From NCBI GenBank assembly GCA_964525635.1, contig CAZGJX010000116.1, positions 1 through 11,961 on the forward strand: a stretch of DNA of 11,961 bases, in the 5' to 3' direction. Shown here one piece after another: positions 1-6,651 of this stretch. Positions within the stretch are counted from its first letter, which is position 1, and each line of letters begins with the position of its first letter. Below the pieces are notes generated by a model. It worked only from the letters and a program-made list of their open reading frames with translations. It searched no databases and was not told the DNA's origin. Made by a program: the position numbers and the translations under genes. The stretch is from an uncultured archaeon (lineage in GTDB: Archaea > Asgardarchaeota > Lokiarchaeia > Sigyniarchaeales > SOKP01).

Positions 1-192
1 ACGTTAATGATTTCTCAGATAATATCAAATACATATCAAGTAATAAAACTGATAAGACTTCTATCCAACACCTAAAAACAGAGGGGGGGAATATAATAAT
101 AGTTTTTCTCTTTGGTAAATATTTTCATAAATTAATATATTTCAAAAAATATGAAAATTGATAATTTACAGGAGAAAAAATCAAATTTAACT

Positions 193-675
193 TTAATTAG
201 GGCTTTTTTCTAACTTATTATTAGGTTTTAGATCTTTATAATAGAATTTTTTCAAATAATACCCAGATTTTTTGAATCCACCACTTTCTTTTATTAATTT
301 ATCTAATCCTCCTTCTTTTTCTATCTTTTGTTTATATGAATTATAATCATCTTGAGATATTTCTTTTCTTCTTAATAAATAATCTAGAATTTCAAGAGCT
401 TGTTGGTCATTAGAACATCTTCTTATGAAATCAAGTGCCGTGGGATTTATTAGTTCTTCTGACTTATAACTATTCCTTTTGATTTTTTTTTTATCATTAT
501 TTTTTTCAATTTCATAATTAACAGAATCTATTTTTATAGATTTTTTTTGATTAGATATTTCTTCAATAAGATTGGGCAAATATATCCTCATATCTTCTTT
601 ATCAAAGGTAATCTTTAACCCATTATTTTTATTGTTATGATTACTCTCTAATTTTTTTTTTTTTTCACGAACCAT
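193..675 (-). CDS. DUF2095-family archaeal conserved hypothetical protein
   Basis: The motif P-TALDFIRRC...ALEILDYLLRRKEIS...GFKKSGYY matches what I recall of DUF2095/COG4003. The ORF track starts at GTG 693; the in-frame ATG at 675 (MVREKKKK) is the more likely start. Confidence 0.8.
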   Translation of the reverse strand: MVREKKKKLESNHNNKNNGLKITFDKEDMRIYLPNLIEEISNQKKSIKIDSVNYEIEKNNDKKKIKRNSYKSEELINPTALDFIRRCSNDQQALEILDYLLRRKEISQDDYNSYKQKIEKEGGLDKLIKESGGFKKSGYYLKKFYYKDLKPNNKLEKSPN

Positions 676-770
676 TGTGATTACTAAAGCCACTTATTTA
701 ATTAAATCTTTAAGTTATTTTTTATTAGTAAATGTATTAAGATAAAATAAAATTACTCTTATAATAGACT

Positions 771-1694
771 ATGAAAGTATTAATTTCTGATAAGATCGAT
801 AATCAAGGTATCCGGATCTTAGAAAATTCTGGATTTGAAGTTGATAAAAAATTCTCTATTGACAAAAATGATTTAAAGGAAGAAATTGGAAATTATAATG
901 CAATTATAATTCGTTCTAGGACAAAATTAACTGCTGAAATCTTAGAGAATGCTCCAAATTTGAAGGTAATTGGTAGAGCAGGAGTAGGTTTAGATAATGT
1001 CGATTTAAAGAAAGCAGAAAGTTTAGGTATAAAGGTCATTAATACACCAGAAGCCCCTTCGGTGTCTGTTGCCGAATTAACGATTGGATTAATTCTTAGT
1101 TTAGTTAGACATATATCTAAAGCAGATAAAACAATGCATTGCGGGGAATGGTGTAAAAGTGATTATATGGGTTATGTTTTAAAAGGAAAAAAAATTGGTT
1201 TAATAGGTTTTGGAAATATAGGAATAGAGGTTGCAAAAAGAGCAGCAGGTTTAGAGATGGTAGTTGGGATTTATGATATAGATGAGAATGCTAGAAATAA
1301 AGCAATAGCTTTAGGATACAATACCTATAATTCCATAGAGGAGTTAATTCAAGATTGTCAGATTATATCATTACATCTTCCATCAACAACAAACACTAGA
1401 GATATAATAAATAAACAGAGGTTAGATCAAATGAATAAGAATAACTTGATTATCAATACAGCACGAGGGACATTAATTGATGAAAAAGCATTAATTGATG
1501 CTTTAAAAGAAAATAAAATTGGAGGCGCTGCATTAGATGTCTATAGAGAAGAACCTCTTAAAGATTTGGATTTATGTGAATGTGATACCAATTTGATATT
1601 GACACCACATATAGGTAGCCAAACAGTTGAGACTCAAATAGAAGCAAGTACCAGCATTGCAAAAAAAATATCACAATATTTGAAAAATCTTTAA
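771..1694 (+). CDS. serA: D-isomer-specific 2-hydroxyacid dehydrogenase, D-3-phosphoglycerate dehydrogenase (SerA)-like, short form without C-terminal ACT domain
   Basis: IIRSRTK, GRAGVGLDNVD, NTPEAPSVSVAE, Rossmann GLIGFGNIG, INTARG, LDVYREEP and TPHIGS supply the Arg/Glu/His catalytic set. At 307 aa it has no regulatory domain. The family call is secure; the exact substrate is inferred. Confidence 0.8.
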   Translation: MKVLISDKIDNQGIRILENSGFEVDKKFSIDKNDLKEEIGNYNAIIIRSRTKLTAEILENAPNLKVIGRAGVGLDNVDLKKAESLGIKVINTPEAPSVSVAELTIGLILSLVRHISKADKTMHCGEWCKSDYMGYVLKGKKIGLIGFGNIGIEVAKRAAGLEMVVGIYDIDENARNKAIALGYNTYNSIEELIQDCQIISLHLPSTTNTRDIINKQRLDQMNKNNLIINTARGTLIDEKALIDALKENKIGGAALDVYREEPLKDLDLCECDTNLILTPHIGSQTVETQIEASTSIAKKISQYLKNL

Positions 1695-1767
1695 TAACAA
1701 TTTAATTGATAAAATTCTAAAAGTATAATGAATTTATAAGATCATAATTTAGAAAGGTAGATATTAT

Positions 1768-2352
1768 TTGAAATCTGGATATAAATACGTGAAGGAAACA
1801 TTTGAAAAGCATGAAAAAGGATATCAGACTCCTGAATGGTATCGAGGTATAGATTATAGAAAAGGAAAATCAATACAGAGGATTGAAAAACCCACTAAGA
1901 TTCACAGAGCAAGGAATCTTGGATATAAAGCAAAACAAGGATATGTTATGGTAAGAGCAAGAATAAGAAAAGGAGGGGCACATAAAATTCGACCAAAAAG
2001 AGGGAGAAAAAACAGAGCAATGGGTGTTTCTAAATTTACAACAGGTAAGAATCTACAATGGATTGCTGAAGAACGAGCCCAAAAGAAATTTCCAAATTTA
2101 GAGGTTCTCAATAGTTATAAGGTTTATTCAGATGGACATAACTGGTATTATGAAATAATACTTGTTGATCCACATCATTCGGTAATAAAATCAGACCTTA
2201 AAATAAATTGGATATGCGAATCCGCTAATAAAAAAAGAGTTAATCGAGGTAAAACATCAGCAGGAAGGAAATCTAGAGGTTTATATAAAAAGGGTTGGGG
2301 ATCTGAAAAAACACGTCCAAGTATTAGAGCTAATAAAGGTCGTGGCAAATAA
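1768..2352 (+). CDS. rpl15e: 50S ribosomal protein L15e (eL15)
   Basis: RIEKPTKIHRARNLGYKAKQGYVMVRARIRKGG, IAEERAQKKFPNLEVLNSY, YEIILVDPHH, RGKTSAGRKSRGL. TTG start with a purine-rich AGAAAGGT upstream. Confidence 0.98.
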   Translation: MKSGYKYVKETFEKHEKGYQTPEWYRGIDYRKGKSIQRIEKPTKIHRARNLGYKAKQGYVMVRARIRKGGAHKIRPKRGRKNRAMGVSKFTTGKNLQWIAEERAQKKFPNLEVLNSYKVYSDGHNWYYEIILVDPHHSVIKSDLKINWICESANKKRVNRGKTSAGRKSRGLYKKGWGSEKTRPSIRANKGRGK

Positions 2353-2361
2353 TTAAATGTA

Positions 2362-2380
2362 TTTAATCTTTTTTATGTTT
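2362..2380 (+). terminator. possible archaeal T-rich terminator after rpl15e
   Basis: TTTAATCTTTTTTATGTTT starts about 10 nt after the stop. Weak evidence in such an AT-rich genome. Confidence 0.3.
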
Positions 2381-2476
2381 GATATTATTATAAATTATCA
2401 AATATTTAATTAATATAAAAGAATTTTATTTATAGTCAAGCTAAAATTAATAAAATTTTTTTAGATATTTATGATT

Positions 2477-2507
2477 AAAAATCCTATAACTAGAGTATAG
2501 GTTTTTT
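2477..2507. promoter_or_regulatory. inverted repeat directly upstream of rnp3 (operator or 5'-UTR hairpin)
   Basis: AAAAATCCTATA-actagag-TATAGGTTTTTT: 12-bp arms with one mismatch and a 7-nt spacer, ending 5 nt before the TTG at 2513. Confidence 0.4.
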
Positions 2508-2512
2508 GTTAA

Positions 2513-3232
2513 TTGCCATATTTCGAATCTAAACTAAAGGTTGATCTTGGAAATCTTAAAGATATTAAAGAGAAATTAATATTTTGTGTTAAATTAGGGA
2601 TTAATAATGTAATATTAGAACCTCATAATGAACTAAAAGAAATAGATCCCAAGATTAAGGCGAAAATAGATGATATTACATCGATAAATATTTATTATAG
2701 AATTAACCTACACATTGAAAGTGTAAAAGAATTTAAAAAGAAAATTAGATTTTATAATAAATGTTCTGAGATCATTTCTATTGAATCAATGATCCCAGAA
2801 GTTCTAATTCATGCCGCAAGAGACACAAGAGTTGATATTATTTCCTTTTCCAATTTAAATTTATTAAAAAATCTTTCAAAAGGGATATTATCTTTAGTGA
2901 ATCAGAATAATTCATTTATAGAATTTACAATTAATTCAATAATGACTGATAACAAAACATATCAATCAAAAGCATTCAGGAATTTATATCGTGCTATTCA
3001 ATTAGCTATCAATACAAAATCAAACTATATTATAAGTGGAGATTTTATAGAATTATATGATTTAAGAAATCCCAGAGTATTGGCAAGTATATGTCATACG
3101 ATATTAGGATTACCATTATCAGAAACAAAAAAAGCACTAAGTCAAAATATATTATCATTAATAAAGAGAGCCCAATCTCGTCAAAATAGATTTTTATTTG
3201 AGGAGGGTGTAAAATTATTTAAAAAGGATTGA
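2513..3232 (+). CDS. rnp3: Ribonuclease P protein component 3 (Rpp30)
   Basis: AARDTRVDIISF, NNSFIEFTI, YIISGD..ELYDLRNPR and ILGLPLSETKKALS fit the Rpp30 TIM barrel. It sits in the canonical position between rpl15e and pop5. TTG start. Confidence 0.92.
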   Translation: MPYFESKLKVDLGNLKDIKEKLIFCVKLGINNVILEPHNELKEIDPKIKAKIDDITSINIYYRINLHIESVKEFKKKIRFYNKCSEIISIESMIPEVLIHAARDTRVDIISFSNLNLLKNLSKGILSLVNQNNSFIEFTINSIMTDNKTYQSKAFRNLYRAIQLAINTKSNYIISGDFIELYDLRNPRVLASICHTILGLPLSETKKALSQNILSLIKRAQSRQNRFLFEEGVKLFKKD

Positions 3233-3236
3233 GAAA

Positions 3237-3584
3237 ATGGTCGATCGAGAGAGAAAAAGATATATTCTTTTTAAAATTATTAAAGAATATGAGACAGAAT
3301 TCAATAAAAATGAATTAATCAATGTTATATGGCAATCCATATGGCGATATTTTGGGATGAATGTGGCAAATAAAATAGGTTTATGGATAATTGATATTAA
3401 TTTTGAAAAAAATTATGGAATTATTAGGTGTTCTCATAAAACCAAAGAGATAATGATATCTGCTTTAAGTTTAATAAGGGAGATTAGAAGGAAAAGAATA
3501 ATTATCTTCCCTATAAAGACTTCGGGTACTTTAAAAAAAATTAAAAAAGTTATTAATGAAATAAATTATTTTAATATAGATTGA
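3237..3584 (+). CDS. rnp2: Ribonuclease P protein component 2 (Pop5/Rpp14 family)
   Basis: RERKRYILFKI, RYFG, GIIRCSH and KTSGTLKK motifs; 115 aa; 4-bp gap after rnp3. Confidence 0.95.
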   Translation: MVDRERKRYILFKIIKEYETEFNKNELINVIWQSIWRYFGMNVANKIGLWIIDINFEKNYGIIRCSHKTKEIMISALSLIREIRRKRIIIFPIKTSGTLKKIKKVINEINYFNID

Positions 3585-3636
3585 TTGTAGTTTTATAAAA
3601 AATAACTGACAATCTCAAATGAGTTAATTAAGAATT

Positions 3637-4077
3637 ATGAAAATAAGTTTAACTAACGCAAATATTTATGATCTAAATGATATTTCAAAAGTAAAATTAA
3701 AAGATTATATTATTAATTATCAAGATTTAAGTACTTTTAAATATCTTTTAATAATTCAATCAAAAACTTCCGAATGCATAAAATTAACAATATATCCAAT
3801 AAATAAAAAAATAATAACTAAAGTAATAATAAGTGGAGAACAAATTCCAAAAAATGATATTGAAAAACTAATAAATACTTTAAAATCATTCAGAATATTA
3901 CATACTTCTGGATTGACAACTAAAGATAATAAATTATTCTATGAATGTTATATAAATCGTAGTTTAATGGAAAAAGAAGATCCCAATTTAACTGGTTTTA
4001 CTGAATCAATAGAAAAGTTGAAAAAAATAATAAAGAATATAAGAATTGAAGAAATTTCATTAGATAGGAGGATTTAA
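3637..4077 (+). CDS. hypothetical protein, possible C-terminal ACT-like (ferredoxin-like) domain
   Basis: 146-aa ATG ORF in line with its neighbours. The C-terminal half (KVIISG / helix / ILHTSGL / FYECYI / helix / IRIEEI) has a beta-alpha-beta-beta-alpha-beta pattern. The fold is inferred only. Confidence 0.6.
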   Translation: MKISLTNANIYDLNDISKVKLKDYIINYQDLSTFKYLLIIQSKTSECIKLTIYPINKKIITKVIISGEQIPKNDIEKLINTLKSFRILHTSGLTTKDNKLFYECYINRSLMEKEDPNLTGFTESIEKLKKIIKNIRIEEISLDRRI

Positions 4078-4085
4078 AAAAACAT

Positions 4086-4532
4086 ATGAAGCCTTGGACA
4101 GTAAGCATTGGATTAAATAGTAATAAAAAAGAGGATTTATTATTATATGATGCAAAAAGATTTTTTGATGGTTATTTAGTCATTAAAAGAAGCTTTTTTA
4201 ATAGTTTAAGTAAGACTATTAACACATCGAAGAATTATAATGTAGGAAGGGGAATTGAATGCGTTATTTCACCAACTAAAGAGCTTTGGTCTTTAAATCC
4301 TTGGATTTTATTAATTATAAAAGATAATGAAAAAAAAAAATCCTTTTGGTTTTTAATAAAGAGAGAAAAAGATTTATCTGGTCTTTTAATAGCATTAGGG
4401 CCAAAAGAATTTGCTGATTATAATAAAAATAATTCAGATGCTAAAAGAGAAATAATACGTATATTAAATTATATTAACACTTATTTAAATAAATTTAATT
4501 GTGCTATTTTATTACCAAAATATCTTTCTTAA
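4086..4532 (+). CDS. hypothetical soluble protein
   Basis: 148-aa ATG ORF with an 8-bp gap after the previous stop. A GGAGGA SD-like motif lies at about 4067-4072. No family recognised. Confidence 0.7.
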   Translation: MKPWTVSIGLNSNKKEDLLLYDAKRFFDGYLVIKRSFFNSLSKTINTSKNYNVGRGIECVISPTKELWSLNPWILLIIKDNEKKKSFWFLIKREKDLSGLLIALGPKEFADYNKNNSDAKREIIRILNYINTYLNKFNCAILLPKYLS

Positions 4533-4551
4533 TTTCTCAAGAAAGTAGTTA

Positions 4552-4565
4552 TTTTTTTTTTTTTT
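4552..4565 (+). terminator. poly-T (T14) terminator
   Basis: Run of 14 T about 20 nt after the stop at 4532. Oligo-T tracts are the established archaeal intrinsic/aCPSF1 termination signal. Confidence 0.6.
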
Positions 4566-4666
4566 AGAATAATTGATCTTGAAAAGTAAAATATTAAATT
4601 TACACTTAATTATCATTAAACATCATAGAAAATAAGTTTAAGAAAAATTAAAAGTGAAGGAAGCAT

Positions 4667-5476
4667 TTGAAGAAAAGGAATTTTAAAATTTTAATAATAT
4701 TATTTATTTCTAGTGGTATTTTATTATCTTTATGGACCCTACCAATCTCTAATGGAGCTGCAACAGAGATTGTGTCCGTTTTTGGAGAATCTCCAAATAT
4801 AAATGGAGAGATAGATACTGATCTTGATGAATGGGAAGAAGTAGAATTTACTAAGCTCTATTTAAAAACATCCCCTACGGATTCTGGTTTACCTATAGAT
4901 TTTAAAGCAATTCAGGATAAAGATCATCTTTATTTTCTAATTCAATATAATTTAGAAATAGAAGAGGACCCTAATGGATTTATAGCTATTTTAATCTCTA
5001 ATTCTTCATCAACTCAATTAGAGTATTTTGAAGATGCAAAAATAGTTAATATATCAACTGAAAATTATTCTTTTAATGACTATTATATAAATAAAAGCAT
5101 ATTTTCTTTAGATAGCAATACAGATGGAAAAGGAGCTGGGATGGTAATAATAGGAGATGAATTAGAATTTACATATGAATTTAGCTTACCAACGAGCTCA
5201 AGTGAAAGTGATGATAGAGACGTAATGTTAGAATATAACTCTGAATTTGCATTTAATATCAGTCAAGGAATTGATCCATTGTTCCCAGAAGGAATCCGCC
5301 GGAGTACACAAATTCTTATTGAAATACAAGAACCAAAAACTAAACCTCCTTTTGATATAGATGCTCTTGTGATGGGTTTAGTTATCAGTGTCTTTAGTAT
5401 TAATGGCGTCCTTTACGGTTTTTACATATATAGAATTGTTTTATTAAAGAAAAAAATAAAAAGGATACGATCATAA
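4667..5476 (+). CDS. secreted, C-terminally membrane-anchored protein with DOMON/CBM9-like beta-sandwich ectodomain
   Basis: N-terminal signal peptide (MKKRNFK, hydrophobic stretch, SNGA). The acidic ectodomain has SPNINGEIDTDLDEW (P-x-I-D/N-G...EW), DHLYFLIQY and YEFSLP. A C-terminal TM helix is followed by KKKIKRIRS. The topology is clear; the domain call is tentative. Confidence 0.65.
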   Translation: MKKRNFKILIILFISSGILLSLWTLPISNGAATEIVSVFGESPNINGEIDTDLDEWEEVEFTKLYLKTSPTDSGLPIDFKAIQDKDHLYFLIQYNLEIEEDPNGFIAILISNSSSTQLEYFEDAKIVNISTENYSFNDYYINKSIFSLDSNTDGKGAGMVIIGDELEFTYEFSLPTSSSESDDRDVMLEYNSEFAFNISQGIDPLFPEGIRRSTQILIEIQEPKTKPPFDIDALVMGLVISVFSINGVLYGFYIYRIVLLKKKIKRIRS

Positions 5477-5889
5477 TGTCTAAGTTTAAAAAACCGGATT
5501 CAAAAAGAAAAATTGAGCTTGATAAAAAAGCAGATGATATATTTGCATATAAAACAACAATTATATCTGCTATTTTAGCAGGGATTTTTTTAATAAATTC
5601 TTTGCTTTTCAATGGTAATTTTGTTTCAATTATATATGGAGATATTTTACTTTTGGAAATATTTGATGCAATTTTTAAAATAATGGTCATTATACTCTTC
5701 TTCTTTTTCATGACTATAAGCCTTGGAAATTATAAGGAATTGACAGGAAAACCAGTTACATGGAAAGATATAGTTGGTTTATTTATATTATCCATAATTC
5801 AATCTGTTTTAAATGCGGTAGTTTTTGGATTTAGCATGATAGGATTGATTTTTATAATAATATATCTTTATCTTATTCAAGAAAGATAA
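5476..5889 (+). CDS. hypothetical integral membrane protein (about 4 TM)
   Basis: Charged N-terminus followed by four hydrophobic segments. The start overlaps the upstream stop (TAATG). Confidence 0.75.
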   Translation: MSKFKKPDSKRKIELDKKADDIFAYKTTIISAILAGIFLINSLLFNGNFVSIIYGDILLLEIFDAIFKIMVIILFFFFMTISLGNYKELTGKPVTWKDIVGLFILSIIQSVLNAVVFGFSMIGLIFIIIYLYLIQER

Positions 5890-5904
5890 TTTATATTATT
5901 AAAT

Positions 5905-6651
5905 ATGGGTTTTTTTTTTATAGGTCATAGAGGTACCAGAAAAGGTTTTGATGAAAATACAAAAGTAGCCTTTGATGCCGCAATAAACGCAACAGCGGAT
6001 TATATCGAATTTGATATAAGAAGAACAAAAGATAATCAACTTATAGTTTTTCATGACGAAACAATAGATAGAGTTACTAATGGATCGGGATATATAAACA
6101 CGCTTAGCTATAGAGAACTTAATAAATATAGAACAAAAAATGATAATCAAGAAATTCCCCTCCTCACTGACATTCTGATAAAATATAAAGACAAGATAAA
6201 TTATATGATTGAATTAAAGGAAATTGGGATTCAAGAAAGCATCTTGGACTTTATTTATAAAAATGATCTATCAAATAAATGCATTATAAGTGGACGAAAT
6301 TATTCAAACTTAATAGATATCAAGAAAAAGAATTCAGATTGTCTAATTTGTTATAATATAACGAAAGGTGAAGATTTAAAATTAGACACATTTTTAGCTG
6401 AAGCTGAATTAAAAGATTATGTCTTTCCCTTAGATATGATCAGTTTAAAATCAAGTCAAATCACAAAATCCTTCATAAACATTTGCCATAAAAAGAAAAT
6501 TTATGCTCTCTCTTGGGATTTTATGACATATATCAATCCCCTTGAAAAAATTAAAGAACTAATTAGGATAGGTATTGATGGATTATTATTTGATGATCAT
6601 AAAAACATACCCCTTATTAAAAAATGGATGGAGAATAATTTTATTAGCTAA
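5905..6651 (+). CDS. glycerophosphodiester phosphodiesterase (GDPD, UgpQ/GlpQ family), cytoplasmic
   Basis: GHRG...ENT..AF..A, YIEFDIRRTKD..LIVFHD..IDRVTNGSG, IELK and GIDGLLFD. No signal peptide. Confidence 0.95.
   Translation: MGFFFIGHRGTRKGFDENTKVAFDAAINATADYIEFDIRRTKDNQLIVFHDETIDRVTNGSGYINTLSYRELNKYRTKNDNQEIPLLTDILIKYKDKINYMIELKEIGIQESILDFIYKNDLSNKCIISGRNYSNLIDIKKKNSDCLICYNITKGEDLKLDTFLAEAELKDYVFPLDMISLKSSQITKSFINICHKKKIYALSWDFMTYINPLEKIKELIRIGIDGLLFDDHKNIPLIKKWMENNFIS

Noticed and set aside
64-90. TCCAACACCTAAAAACAGAGGGGGGGA resembles an archaeal ORB with a G-string
   Set aside because: It lacks the TCCA-x-TGGAA core, occurs once, and no cdc6/orc1 gene is visible.
1-161. Possible partial CDS at the left edge: + frame open 3-161, or - strand ATG at 34 giving MYLILSEKSLT, loosely like a TOPRIM start
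   Set aside because: Too short and truncated, and the two readings conflict. It needs flanking sequence.
676-693. GTG-initiated N-terminal extension of DUF2095
   Set aside because: An in-frame ATG six codons downstream is more plausible and leaves more room for divergent promoters.
1902-2111. 69-aa minus-strand ORF
   Set aside because: Antisense shadow of rpl15e.
3230-3239. TGA stop of rnp3 as selenocysteine or readthrough fusing Rpp30 and Pop5
   Set aside because: pop5 is in a different frame, readthrough hits TAA after about 13 codons, Rpp30 looks complete, and no SECIS was recognised.
5400-5711. 103-aa minus-strand ORF
   Set aside because: Antisense shadow of two better-supported, coupled plus-strand genes.
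5899-6150. 83-aa minus-strand ORF
   Set aside because: Antisense shadow of GDPD.
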